Positions 25,141 through 38,639 of a stretch of 64,000 nucleotides of DNA are shown piece after piece. The stretch covers positions 14,901,884-14,965,883 of the forward strand of contig NC_092371.1 in NCBI RefSeq assembly GCF_030028105.1. The letters run 5' to 3'. Made by a program: the position numbers and the translations under genes. Position 1 is the stretch's first letter, and each line of letters opens with the position of its first letter. The notes beneath the pieces are model-generated. The model had not been told where the DNA came from, made no database searches, and saw nothing but the letters and a program-made list of their open reading frames with translations. Source of the stretch: Mobula birostris (lineage: Eukaryota).

Positions 25141-26699
25141 ACTCTGCTCCTTTGATGCTAATTTATATAGTCCGCAACGACTGTTAATAATACCGATGCG
25201 AGGTGGTTTGGTTTCGATGACAACTTCCAGACATCTACTCTGATAATATGTGCAGCAATGCGAAGAGACAGTCTGGCATTTCCATGGCGCCTTTTATGCC
25301 CTAGGTATTACCCAGAGACTTTTCTTTCCTCATGCGTTTTCTCAGAGGTACCTGTCAGTGGCAAAATCATAATTCGTTTCATGTTTTATCTGGTCTTGAG
25401 AAGTTTGAGATACATCGTAGCAACATGCTTGATGAATTTATTTTCATCGCTCTACCGGGAAGACCCGGATAAGAAAGACTGATCATTCAAATTATAATAA
25501 GAAATTTTTATTGTACCGTTATAAAATCAGTAATGCAATCAGAGAGCAAAATAGCGAGGTAGCATTCATGGGCTCCTGGACGATTTGGAGTCTCTGCGAA
25601 GATTTGTTTGAAGATTCAGCTTTCATTCAACCTTATTGCAGTGAATGTGGGCTTCTCCTATTCATTCTCTCTTCGTTAGATGAAACCCATATCTCACTAT
25701 TAATGGAGCCATATTGTAGTGTGCCTGATAGATGGGTTTTCTTCTCTAGCAAGGGAGGCCAGGGTTGACAGAGCAGTCCAACCAACGGAGACCGAGTACA
25801 CGGGCCTAAATAGGCGACAGTACAGAATGAACTCAGTGAAAAACGAGCAGCCTGAGAGCCAGTCATGAGAAGGCCCGGCAAGACAAAGGCTTCCGGGAGC
25901 ACCTCGGATTCGAGTCACACGACAGGAAAAGAAAGCAGCCAATCTGAAATGAGTAGAGCACTGTCTTCATTTGGGAAAGGCCGCGAATCTTTGTATTTTC
26001 CTGATCGCCGAATGGGTGTTTTGTCGATGAACATATTTTTGAAGGAGTCACTTGTCTTACTTACAGAGAGGGAGCCAGACGATTTGAAGAACTCGCAAGG
26101 AAGGAGGATTGTAATCGGGGATCTTGTTATTGAGGTACAGATTCGAGGGAATGAACTGTGTACTCCTGCTCTTCCATACGTTTCTACAGTGCGGGCGTTG
26201 GTGTTGAGTTTTGGGAGGTATGGTCTGAGATCTGCAAAGCAATCAAACCTACCCAGACTATCAGACACTGGTCAGTCCGGTTCATCCTACCCAAATGATG
26301 GGTCATAGGCTCTAACAGCCAGGTGCCAGACTACCGCTATCGGCAGGGCCTGATACAACTGCTGATCTCGTCATGTCTTAGTCGGGACCAGGACACCCTT
26401 TGTTTAGCCACAGTCACACAAATTGCTGCTGTGTTCTGTCTTGTATGTGAAACGATACAGGTGGTCACTGGGACTCGCGGAGGAGGAGACGGGGATGGGT
26501 GGAGGTAACAGGTGAACACTTTGCAGAGCACCGCAGTCTTCTTTTGAGGAAGTGCAACTACGGGAAGACGCCGAAGCTCAAACTGTCTCTAAAGATTATG
26601 TTTCAGATACTGCAATTTGTTGTTTTTCATGCGATGAATTTTAATAAGTTAAAACTTTCCATTTGATACAAATTCGGAAATTCTGAGAGTGTAAGAGAG

Positions 26700-26861
26700 N
26701 NNNNNNNNNNNNNNNNNNNNNNNNNNNNNNNNNNNNNNNNNNNNNNNNNNNNNNNNNNNNNNNNNNNNNNNNNNNNNNNNNNNNNNNNNNNNNNNNNNNN
26801 NNNNNNNNNNNNNNNNNNNNNNNNNNNNNNNNNNNNNNNNNNNNNNNNNNNNNNNNNNNNN
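26700..26861. other. Assembly gap (N run)
   Basis: Direct. Confidence 1.
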
Positions 26862-27849
26862 GATAAAGAGAGAGAGAAAGAGAAACAGCATAGGCCACAT
26901 TAAAATAATTCCTCTTTCTTGCACGTGATCGATATTCGTCCATGGTTACACATTTGTCCTATCTAAAAGGCCTAAACATCATTATCTGACTTCTACCCTC
27001 GATTGCAGCAGTGTTTACAGGCACCCACTACACTCTGTGTATACAGTTTACTATCATGCATTTCCTTTAAACAAATCCCTATAATCTTAAAGCCATGCTC
27101 TTCGGTATATGATATTCCTACAATGGGTATCTATTTTGTGTGCCTGCCCTTTCTATTCCCCTCATAGATTTTTGAAGTTTGATCATTTGTTTCCTCCAAC
27201 ATCCACTCTCCAGAGAAAACAGTAGATTTGTCAATCTTCTATCTTTAATGCAATCTATTTCTGCAATCATTTTACTACATCTTTTCTACACCTTCCCCAA
27301 TGCCTCCTATAATGGGATGACCTGAATTCCACGCAAGTGCGGCTTAACCAGACTTTTATACAGTTACAGTGATGGAATAGCGCTGAAAAGTATGTAAGGG
27401 TATGAAGCCGGTTATAAGACCGTAAGACATTGGAGCAGATTTAGTCCATTTGGCACATGGAATCTGTTCTGTGATTCCATCACTGCTGAAATGTTTTCCA
27501 ATTCAAACTCATTCTCCTGCCTTCTCCCCGTAACTTTTGACGCCCTTACTAATTAAGAACCTATCAACCTCCGTTTTAAATGTAACCAGTGGCTTGGCGT
27601 CAATAGCAAGCTACGGCATTGGGTTTCTCAGATTCAACAGCTTCTGCGTAGTCAGGTTGAAGAAGTGTCAACGAGAGAGCGATGATGGAAGTCCTAAATG
27701 GCTTCCCCTTTATCTTTAAACTGTGACCCTTCGTTCTGCACTTCCCCAACATCGGGAACAATCTTCCTGCACCTAGCCTGTCCAATCCCTTTAGAATTTT
27801 ATACGTTTCAATAAGATCCCCCCTCAATCTTCTAAATTCCAGCGAGTAT

Positions 27850-28950
27850 AGCAAAGCTATACGACTGGGTGATCTTGAACAGGATTCACGCCAGAATTGA
27901 CCCTAAGCTGAGATTCAATCAGAATGGTTTTCAGCAGAAGTGCAGAACAGTAATGCAAATACTTGCTCTCTGTAGGATCATCCAGGAAGTCAAGAAGAAC
28001 AACCTACCAGCCGTGCTTACTTTCATCGATTTTCGCAAAGCTTTTGACCGAGGTAAAATGCTGAAGATCTTGAAAGCTTACGGAGTGCCAGACTGTCTAC
28101 TGAGAGCAATAGAGTCCAGCTATACCAAAACCATGGAGAAAGTTGTAACACCAGACGGAGAAACGGCAGTGTTCGAGCTCCTAGCTAGTGTGCTGCAAGG
28201 AGACATCCTGGCACCCTACATCTTTATAATGTACGCTCTACGTCAAGCTACCAAACATCATGACAAGCTTGATTTTACCATAACACCAGGACAAAACAAA
28301 AGGGTCAGACCAGTTAACTCACAGATCTCGATTTTGCAGATGATATAGTCCTGCTGTCTGACCAGATGGAGGAAGCACAGCAGCTACTGACAAAAGTGGA
28401 AATAGAGTGCAATAAAGTTGGACTTCAACTAAGTGCTAAAAAGACAGAGTACATGGCGTTTAACTGCGACGAATGTACTCTCAAGACCGTAGAGAATGAT
28501 ACCACTAAGAAAGTCTTTGACTACAAGTACCTCGGGTCAAGAATGATGAGTTCGGAGAAGGTCATAAAGATACGGAAGGCACTGGCGTGGAAGGCTATGA
28601 ACGTCATGAAGGAAATCTGGAAGTCGAACCTGACGAGAGGGCTTAAAAAGAGGATCTGCATGGCAGTCCTAGAGTTCATTCTCACGTACGGATGCCAGAC
28701 GAGGACACTCACCAATACTATACGAAAGACTCCAGATGGTTACTATACACGAATGCTCCGGATGGCTCTTGACGTGAGTTGGCAACAGCATATGACGAAC
28801 GTCGAGCTCTATGCCGACCTAGCGATGCTCACCACTAAAATTGAGGCGAGAAGACTGAAACTAGCGGGGCACTGTCTACGCCACCCCGAGCTACCTGCCA
28901 GCCTAGTCATCATATGGGAGCCCAAGCATGGTAGGAGATTGAGGGGAACT
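27850..28950 (+). mobile_element. RTE-clade LINE RT fragment, frameshifted
   Basis: NQNGFQ…TFIDFRKAFD…VLQGDILAPYIF; YKYLGS…ARRLKLAGHCLRHP; flanked by CR1 pieces. Confidence 0.88.
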
Positions 28951-30699
28951 TTAATCGAGGTACACGCAATTCTGAGTGACATAGACAGAGTAAATGCAAA
29001 TAGACTTTTTCCACTTATATTGGTTAGCATAGAACTACAGGTTATGGCTTAGGTGTAAAAGGTGAAATGTTTCAAGGTAACATGAGGGTGAACTTCTTCA
29101 CGCAGAGGGTGGAGAGAGCGTGGAACGAGCTGTCACTGGAAGTAGTGGATGTGGGTTTGATTTCAATATTCGAGAGAAATTTGGATAGTTACATGCATTG
29201 GAAGGGTACAAAGGGCTCCGGTTTATGTCGATGGGACTAGGTAATATAATGTTTCAGCATAGGCAAATAGACAGAAACTCCTGTTGCTATGCTGTTTCGG
29301 TCTATGTCTCTATGGCTCTGTGACCTTAATGAAAACACAATTGATACGGTGCTTTGGTTCAATTTTCAGAGTTACGAGAGGACATGCAAGTGATCGAAGA
29401 GTGGTGAGAGTATGGAGGCACAGAATCGTGCAGCATGGAAGGAAGTCTACTGGCTGAGCTTATTCATGATGCCCTAGATGCCTACAGAACAGAGTAGACC
29501 CGACCACCTGTTCGAGTTGCACCGACAAGCAAGGCCAGATTTACTGCTGATTTACCCTTAGGCGAATCATGGAACAATTTATGATGACCAACTTATCCAT
29601 GAACCGGCACGTCTTGGACTGAGTAAAATAAATCGAGGACCTGGAGAAAACCGATGTATTTCACGGGGAGGACATACAGTCTTCTTTCAGATACCATCGG
29701 AACTGAACTCTGAGCTCTGGCGTCCCGAGATGCAAGAGTGTCGCATTTCCCGCTATACCGCCAGACCTTTGCAATGCATGTGCCTGTCTAAATGTCTTTT
29801 AAATGGTGTCATTGTGCGTGCAGCTACAAGCTTCTGTCGCAGCTCGTTTCATATGCATACGATCCTCCGTTGTAAAGGTTGCCCCAAAAGAAATTTTTAA
29901 ATTTTTTCTTTACTCGGCTTAAACCTGTGCCCTCCAGTTCTTTACTTCCCGCCCCTGGGCAACCTTCACCCTATGTATGCACCCTACGATCTTTATACTA
30001 ATCTGTGAGATAACCCTTTATTCTCCTATGCTCCAAGGAATAAAGACCTAACCTACCCGATCTATCATCACTCAGTTCCTCGAACCCTAGCAACATCCAC
30101 GTAAACATTTACTGCACTCTTTCCAAATTAATGTTACCTTTCCGATATGGTGACTAATACTGAAAGCAATATTAGAAATTCCGCCTGTGCAGCGTCTAAT
30201 GAATATGCACCGTTGCGTCCTAACTTCTAAACTAAGTGTCGTGACTGATGAAGGCCGTTGTGCCACAAGGCTGCTTCAGCCTTCCGTATACCCCCGAGAT
30301 AATTTTCAAGGATGAATTTCTGGATATTAATGGAATTGATATTTCAAGGTCTATTGCAGAAAAGTAGGTGATAAGTCCAATTCTCATTGGGTAACGAAGA
30401 AGGCGTGAGAGTCCGATAACCGATTAGCATACTTTACCTTATTTTACCATGATTCATAACCAGTAACCCAGTGGAGAATGGTGTACATTTTAATGGCGGT
30501 GGTGTGGGGCCAGTCCATTAGGTTGGAATGCTGTTGTCTTTCGAGTTTTCTTTGGAAAGTCTTCAACGTATCAGATAGATGTTAGTGGTTTTAGTAAACA
30601 TGTGTCCAGGCTTCTGTAATTTTAGTCACCTTAACACTAAACTGATTCCACAACCGATATACTCATGTTGAAGGGCTCTACAACTCATGCTCTCAGTTG

Positions 30700-30701
<2 letters not shown>

Positions 30702-30768
<67 letters not shown>
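30702..30768. repeat. (CT)n microsatellite
   Basis: Direct. Confidence 0.98.
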
Positions 30769-30772
<4 letters not shown>

Positions 30773-30849
30773 TATCTACTTATCTATCTGTCGACTCATC
30801 CATGTATGTATGTATATATGTATCTATCCATCTCTCTGACTGTCTATGT

Positions 30850-31160
30850 AAAGTTAGTCTTGCGAGACCATGGATCTGCGCCTGGAAGTCTTCACTCTCC
30901 AGGGCGCAGGCCTGGGCAAGGTTGTATGGAAGACCAGCAGTTGCCCATGCTGCCCATGCTGCAAGTCTCCCCTCTCCACGACACCAATGTTGTCCAAGGG
31001 AAGGGCATTAGGACCCATACAGCTTGGCGCCAGTGTCGTCGCAGAGCAATGTGTGATTAAGTGCCTTGCTCAAGGACACAACACGTTCCCTCGGCTGGGG
31101 CTCGAACTGATGATCTTCAGGTCGGTAATCTAATACCTTAACCACTTGGTCACGTGCCCA
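30850..31160 (-). mobile_element. tRNA-derived SINE
   Basis: Minus strand begins with a tRNA-like head carrying A-box CCAAGTGG and B-box GTTCGAGCCC. Confidence 0.75.
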
Positions 31161-32659
31161 CACCTGTCTACGCATGTAGACAAATATCTATCTACCTGTC
31201 TAACTTGCTGGCTATCTGTTCATCCATGTATCTATTAATGCATCTATCGATTTACTTATTATTTAGTTTCTATCTATTTAATTATTAGTCCATCTATTCC
31301 TGTATGTATGCATTTGTTCGTTTGCATTTACACACTGTGTCTTCAGTTACACTTTGTCCATCTGTATGTGCTGTTTCATTGCATTTCTTGATATCTACTG
31401 TGAATGCAGTGGAGGCAATAAATCTCAGGGCAGTATTTGATGGCATACGTATTTTGATAATAAATTTACTTTGAACTTTGAACTCTGTGATCGCCAGCTT
31501 TTTAGCAGGGTCTAATTTATAAAGGTCAATTTAATTAATCCAGTGTGTTCTGCTCAATGATAACCTGAATATTGACGGCGAAGAATTTAACAAGGTCGGG
31601 CGGCAAGATCATTGGATATCAAAGTCTCGAGGTCAGATTCCCTGTTGAACAAGGCCATTGCCAGGCATTAATGTAGTCAGACTTAAGTTTACACCTAAAA
31701 GCTTTGTCTGACTATTGTCATGGTCTTGTGAATTGCCTCAATATCTCACAGATGGAAAGAAATTAAATGAATGCGGTACAAACTTTCAGATGAAAACTCT
31801 CGGGCCGTAATTGTTGACTATCCATTTCACTGCATAAATGCTATTGAGCCGTTGAGTCACCCCTGCTCTTTCTGAGTTGTTCCAGATACCAGCATCTGCA
31901 GTTGTTTGCGTCATCAGCAGAATTACTGCTTAACATCCATCTAATGATAGGCGGATGTCTATCTGTCTGGAAGAACACTCACAATGCCCTACGGCAGCAT
32001 TGACCGACCTTGAACAATAACCTTTGCGCAATCACTGACCTGACGTGAAATGAATTTCTATCCAGGACATTGTTCCTGAGACCTTAGAGAAAAACACGAG
32101 TCGATTGGGAGCTACGCATTTTTATCGACAAGCTTTATTCGCCAGCAAGCTTTCTGCTGGAATTTCCTAACCTCAGAACCGATGATTGGACGAGACAGAT
32201 TTGGAATGGCACGGGGACTTGGTGGGAATTTGATAAGTGTGATCCTAAAATGTTTAGATCTCATTAACCATTCTGGGCAAAATATGGCACCACTCTCCCC
32301 TCCACCCCGCTGTTCCAGAGAGTTCCTGACGATATAAGGGTTAAAATCAGCTTAGCCCGATGATTCTCCAAGGTTCTGCAGGACTAGATATGTACTACAA
32401 TAAGATGAAACAACATTTTTTAAATGAAGGCTAACGTTTTGAAGATCAACAAGATGTCCATTCAAAATCTACAAAGAACGGCAGGTCAGTCTCCGCTACC
32501 ACCATTTCTCTGGCACCTCCCAGTCATTAACATCCCGGTTGATAAACGGACCCGGAGACTCCGGTCTGCAGACGCTGTAACAAGACCAGTTCTTGGACTT
32601 CACAGAACAGCGCGTGGTTCAGTCGGAATATTGGGCGCTGACTGTCCGCACCGGTCCGG

Positions 32660-35052
32660 ATGAATATTCCCAGTTCTTCATTACCTCTGGGCTCTGCTGA
32701 TCCATTTGCAAGGTGGGAGTCGGGTTGGTTCACGCAGAGATTATTCGTTAGAATTAGAATTACTGCTGATTCTTTTGCTCGTATTAACGATTGATAAGCC
32801 TTGTGTTATCTCAAATTCACACAGGGGATTTATTGTGTTTTATTACAGGAGTCCGGGCAGCCCCAGTCCTCAGTCAGACTCCAATGTCTGGACCTGTCTC
32901 CAGGGACAAACCGTCAGCTTAGAATGTCGGATACAGAACGCAAATGTTGGAAGTTACGACATGTACTGGTACCAACAGCGTCCCGTGGAGTGACCGCAGT
33001 GGGTGTGAGAAGATGAGACGGACAATGATATATACCGAGCCAGAGGGATCACAGCCCGTTTTCAACCATCTAGGGACAGTTCCATCAGCAAGCACATCCT
33101 GACCATCAGCAGTTAGGAGCCTGGAGACTCTGCTGTCTATTACTGTGCAGCGTGGGACAATGCATATATCTTCGGTCCGGGAATTAACCTGACTACAAAG
33201 AGTAAGTGACTCTCTGATTTTGTAACGAGCAATTTCTATTATATTTAATCTCATTCTCCACAGCTGGATACAACCCGTTCGGGGAAGTTTGGTTATAATT
33301 CTATACTTTAGGAAGTTCGGTCTTTCTTATTTTGGCGTACGAGGCCGTACAGCCCATCGAGGCAGGCCCAAATTTCAACTTAATGATCGCTTCACCTTTG
33401 AGAACAATTTTGTTGAGCACTATTGATCTGCCTCAGTCTTTGCAGCAGAACTGAATATCTTGTGACGTCCCTCCTCTTTAACACAATGAGCCCGTGCAAT
33501 TTATTATAAGTATTGCTTTGTTATTCCTACTTTTCACAAGATACAATGAAAAGCCTTTCTTACATACTGTCCATATATCAAGAGATGTCACAATGCATTG
33601 AGGTGTACACAATAAGAATGTAAAATAAACGTCCCTGTCGTATCTTCCCTCTTCCACCTCTATGCGTTCTATGCACCCACCACCCTGTACAAAATCAGAA
33701 ATACATCGAATATCTCCTTTAAATTCTTCGCTTCTCCGCTTAGCATTCTCGAAAAATTCTTCACCGTCGGTCCTGTCGCCCGGTCGTAAACTGATTGGCC
33801 TAACATTCATACAGAAATTGGAAAAATCTTCACCCTCACAAGCAAGACACCCACATTTCTCCCTTCATTCACCACCTCTGAGAACGTGTTTGGCGCCAAT
33901 ATTCCACAATGTTTGTTGCTGCGTAAATCCTTGATCACAGGGCAGGATATTCACTGCTTCAAGTTAACGCAATTCTCAGGTTGTGATTAAGAGTGGTGTT
34001 GTTATGATCGTAGCAAACACGGGAAAAACGTTAGTCTTTACAAATAATACAATTGGGGAAGGTGCTGATCAGAGCTGTGACACCGTGTTAGTACGGGTTC
34101 GGGTCTGAACTTACCCTTCATACTGTTCTCGCTTCTCACCGATTAACAGATTTTCTCTATTTTTCCGCCATTTCTTCTTCGGTCACTTGACGCGCAGTCT
34201 TGGATATCCAAAGAACTTTCCTGAATTCGGGGCATTCCAAGTAGCTTTCACTCAATCAATAACTGAAGGTGCAGTATTCTTATAGTTACTGACAGAATAT
34301 TTTCCAATTTGTGGAATTATTAGAGAATTGCGAACAATTGATCTCCAAAGAGTGATCAATAAATATCAGCATGACATGGGGAATTAGCGAAGTGATTGAG
34401 CAGTGCTTCAAGAGATCTCTGCAACATTTTACCACAATACTAGGCTCTAGAATTCAGCGGTGACTGGAGCGTGGACTCAGAAAACATTTTTAAAATAAAT
34501 AAGGTAGCGCCATAGCCACACAGGCTTGCGGACCCAGAGCAGAGATGTGGGAATAATCAGGGTAATCAGTCATTTCGAGGGACGGAATGGCGCATTCTGT
34601 GACCCACATTTCATCTAAAGCCAGAACTAAATTGTGCTAATTTTTGCGGCGCTTTTTCTAACTCCGATCAGTCAGTTAATTAATAGTGTTTCTATTTCCC
34701 TCCGTCTCCTCTCCCTCTCACGGGTAGCGAGTGCCGGAACCCTTCGGTTGTCCTGCTTCCTCCCTCGCGGGAAGAGACGGGCTCCGGTTCGGCCAGTCTC
34801 TCCTGCCTGGTGGGTGGCTTTAAGCCGGAGTTGGTCGCGTTGCGCTGGAGTGTAAATGGAGTCGATACGGAGAGGGGGATGACGACGGGCGCCGTGTCTC
34901 TCGTCACGGACCAGACCTACAAGCTGATCAGTAACCTTCGGGTACCCGCCGCTGCATGGAGCAAGGGCTCAAGCTTTTCCTGCAGCGTAAGCCGCAGCTC
35001 GCTGTGTTCGCCGCTGCGCAACACCATCTCTTCGTCCGTATGTGCGCAGTGA
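32660..35052 (+). pseudogene. Germline-joined Ig light chain pseudogene, sigma-cart (type I/NS5-like)
   Basis: Leader 32660-32712 is frameshifted (…LWALLIHLQ G|gt). VJ exon 32849-33201 reads VLSQTP…GQTVSLEC…WYQQRP…RFQPSRDSS…EPGDSAVYYCAAWDNAYIFGPG, with a 1-nt deletion and 3 stops. C exon 34724-35052 reads PSVVLLPPS…LSCLVGGFKP…W…VPAAAWSKGSSFSCSV…SSVCAQ*, with the acceptor mutated AG>GG. Confidence 0.92.
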
Positions 35053-35329
35053 GAAGGCGCCGGCTGGCAAAATATGCGGATCGTTTGCTCTCGCTTAATG
35101 CAGTGAACCAATCAGTGGGACTGTGCAGCCCGCTTTGCAATGTATTTGTGTAACAATGTCCGCTTATGGGAGAGTCACAACGTTAAGCAATTTTATAAAT
35201 AAGAGCGGATTATCTTTATTTTGCGACGCATAAGTTTGTATAGAATTATCCCCATTGTGCTCTGTTTGACCTTCCGCTTTGTGTAGAATTGGGAGCGATC
35301 TCTTGAGATGTGATTAGATCTTGTGTAAC

Positions 35330-38300
35330 ACGTCTCTTAATAAAGAGAAAACAGTGCTGGGTGTATCGTGGCATGTCTTTACTCGATTGGCCGCAGTACG
35401 TTGGGAGCATTGGTAGCTGACAACCTGATTCTGGGAACCACAATTGGAATTACACTTAAATCCACTTATTGCGCCCTTCAGGTCTCTGTGTCCAACGTGA
35501 GCCTCCCCCGTCGTCGCTCAGCTCCAGACATTACCGGCATCTACTCTTCATTTCCAACTAACTTTGTGGGTGGAAGATTATCATTCTACCGCCGTTTGGC
35601 CAAAGTGTTACCACCATTGGGAGCGTTACACTGCAGGGATGTTTGTCCGTGACCTGGCCATTATCTGCATCTGAGATTATCGATTCCGTTAGCTCACACC
35701 CCGACACCACCACCCGCCCCCAACACAGACAGACGCACACACACACACACACACACACACACCGCCCGCGGGAACATAAACCGTTCCCTGAAACACAACG
35801 CATAGGCTGTAACTCACCTTTACCTTCAACATTCAAAATAAATGCGTTAAGAAAGTGCGTATTCATCATCATATGCTACCCAGAGTTCCATTTTCTTGCA
35901 GGTATTCACAATACAAGAAAGAAGTGCAGTAGAAAAAATAAAACGCTAACAAGCAATGTGGAAAATGACAAAAAACAGCAAAGAACCAAACAGAATGAAA
36001 GAGAGATAAGCAAATAACTCCATAAATAAATAGATAAATCAATTAAATTCAATCAATCAGTCCATAAAATAAAGGATAAAGGGATAAATGCATAAATACA
36101 TAAATAATACTGAGGGCATGAGTTGAAGTGTTTTTGAAAGTGAGTCTGTAGGTTGTGGGATCAATCCAGAGGTGAGGTGAGTAAAGTCATCCACTTTGGT
36201 TCAGGAGCTTGATGATTGGAGGATAATAGCTCTTCCAGAAACTCGTGGCATCTAAGACGACTGTACTTGTCGCATGGGTGAGAGTTAACAAACCGTGAAA
36301 TAAGCGTGAGAAGACTACAGAGTCCCGTCTGAATATATTAACGTTATTTCTTGCGTGATTTGTAGGGTGGTCCTTATAGAGGTTGTGACTGACTGCCGGT
36401 GTTACCTGCATGCACTTACAGAAAATGCAGTAATATTTCACATAAGTTACTAGTGGCACCCACTAGTAATCACGGAGCTGGAGAGGAGGAAAAAAGGAAC
36501 GGCAGAATGGATAAACTGGTGTTCCTCAAAGATCATCAAAATGTCCAAATAAAAAAGTACAGGGAAGAGCGCCGCTCCCCGGGGATCTCTAAGGTATATC
36601 TCACCAATACCGGGGAAGATATGAAGGGTTGTACTATCCACCTTTATGAATAGATAAAAGGTGAACAGGCTTATTTTGAAGTAGAAGGTGGTTTCAACCG
36701 GAGACGCCATTATCGTGATTTGGTTGATGTTTGGCAATTGTATTTCACTATCGAGGACTGTGCAGTAATCCCAAGTGGATACTGCCCGACTTCTACAGTT
36801 GCTAAGAATCGCACATCACTACCCGGCAAACGTGGAAAGCTCTTAAACTCAGGTGGTTCTGTGGATGCTGACGCACAGAGAAACAAACAGAACAGGCTGG
36901 AGGAACTCAGCAGGTGAGGAAAAATCGATATAAAAGAGCAAAGTGCCGATATTTCCGGCCGAGGCTTTTCATCGGGAATGTGGAGGCGCTTCGACCGAGG
37001 CGTCGACTTTTTATTTTGTTCCATAGGTACTGCCTGACCTGCTGATTCCTTCCAGCCTTTTGTGTAGAACTCTCACTTCGTCATTAATGAACTTTCTGTA
37101 TTTGTTGGGTAGTGTGAACTTTTGCCTGGACTTTAACTGACTAAGTACCAATCATTTCATTTAAGGATTATATCGAGCAACGTGCGCGAAGTTAGATAAA
37201 ATAAATCAGGTCTAAAAGACCGAAATCAAATGAAATATCGGACATACGATTTATTGATTTATTGTATCCATTAACGTTTTTCACGGTTTAAAAGATTATT
37301 GTAAACACTGGAGAAGTCAAATGCGTTTTAAAACATTAAAAAACATAAAAATCATGAAGGTAAATAAAATAAACATTAAAAGTTTAGCTTTACTTGTCAC
37401 ACTTAGAAAGAAATATGCAGTGGCGATTGCCAATTGCGTCAAATCAAATCAGAGAGGATTGTGCTGGGGGCAACCCGCAAGTGTCATGCCGCACCGGAGC
37501 CAGTATTTATTCATTCATTTATCTGTCGGTCTATCCATCAATCTATCTCGTTTAAATTTTCAATTAGATTTCAGTGAAATTTTCTCCGACTTCTGACCTC
37601 TGTGATCTCTGCTGCCCTCAGACTCTAATTTTTATTTATCCAACTTTGGTAATTGCCCAACACCCTCTCCTTCACGTCCCTCTCCTAACTTGTGTCCTTA
37701 CTGCTCATTACTTTCCTCTGGTGCTTCACCCATTTCCGCTTCTGTCATGGCTTTCTGCCGTCTCCTATAAGACCCCCATTCTCCAGGCTTTTATCTCCTT
37801 AAGCAATCGACTTCCTAGCTCTTTAATTCACCCTGCTCTTCTCCCGGTTTCACTTACTACCTACTACCTTGTACATCTTCCTCACCACCCCCATCTTCTT
37901 ATATTGACATCTCATCTCTTTTACCCAGTCATGATCAAGGATCACGGCCCGAATCGTCGACTGTTTCCTTTTCCTTTTTCAGGCCTGCTGAGTTTTTTCT
38001 AGCAGTATGTGTGTATCACTTCGTTTTCCAGCATCTGCAGATTTCCTCTTGTCTATATGTGTATGTACGCATGTACATATGTATGTATATGTATATACCT
38101 ACCGATGCACCTTTGGATTGTCGGAGAAAGCCAGAGAACCCGGTGGGCACCGCATCTTAAACTTTATAACTAGCGTGTGTGTATTGTAAATAATTTGGAA
38201 ATTTCATGGACTTCTTGGAGCATGCTATTGAGAACACAGTCTATGGTTATGCTCACTGTATTAATGGAAGAATATACTTGCAACAGAAGCAGAATAGACA

Positions 38301-38534
38301 TAATTCTCATTATTGGTTCTGGGAATGAAGCGAATGGTCGTGACAGAGATGTTGAGCAGGTCGGCCCTGGCTCACACAATTAAATCCCCAATTCGCACTC
38401 AGGTACAAGGAGCTGTGATGGCGATTTCTCTCGCTTTCGCCGTCTTTACCCCTGCACAGTAGAGCAACATTGCATAAGACGGTTCCCATGACAACTGCCA
38501 GATGAAGTATAACTTTTTCATAGCGATTACGCAC
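35330..38534 (-). pseudogene. Decayed germline-joined L-VJ(-Ig) gene
   Basis: Leader exon 38450-38534 (GTG for ATG; VILHLAVVMGTVLCNVALLCR G|gtaaag). VJ remnant 36502-36801 reads ATVEVGQYPLGITAQSSIVKYNC…W…YTLEI…SLYFF with stops, and a J-like IF(E)E-TSLSIL with a 2-nt loss. A further very degenerate Ig-like exon lies at about 35330-35670. Confidence 0.45.
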
Positions 38535-38639
38535 GATGTCTTCGAAACAGAACGATAGCGCCCCCGAGAGCGTTTCTTTGGTAAATGCTCCCAGGTTTGC
38601 AGTAAAAATATTGTTAAACATTTAGTTGAATACATGACA

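Larger units (their letters stand above)
22298..25868 (+). pseudogene. Decayed receptor gene head-to-head with the intact gene (leader, C1 remnant, TCR-like TM, tail with TEYTGL)
   Basis: Frameshifted leader-like VLLPLIQGLILFPVT at 22298-22353. One frame at about 23500-23730 reads CESEFCPSKALITV…SLVNRFLSVESWRSGVY with 2 stops, similar to VETWRSG of the intact C1. TM exon 25346-25468 (FMFYLVLRSLRYIVATCLMNL) has donor GT>AT. The in-phase terminal exon 25750-25868 carries TEYTGL. No V exon found. Confidence 0.45.

Noticed and set aside
25633-25746. Minus-strand exon-like EKKTHLSGTLQYGSI (LxYxxI)
   Set aside because: The competing + strand reading fits in phase with the upstream TM exon, and no compatible minus-strand upstream exon was found.
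30850-31160. tRNA-like sequences here and at 56022
   Set aside because: These are SINE heads without a complete cloverleaf, not tRNA genes.
36399-36917. About 170-codon + strand frame with a single stop
   Set aside because: Better explained as the antisense shadow of the degenerate minus-strand V exon; no recognisable motif.
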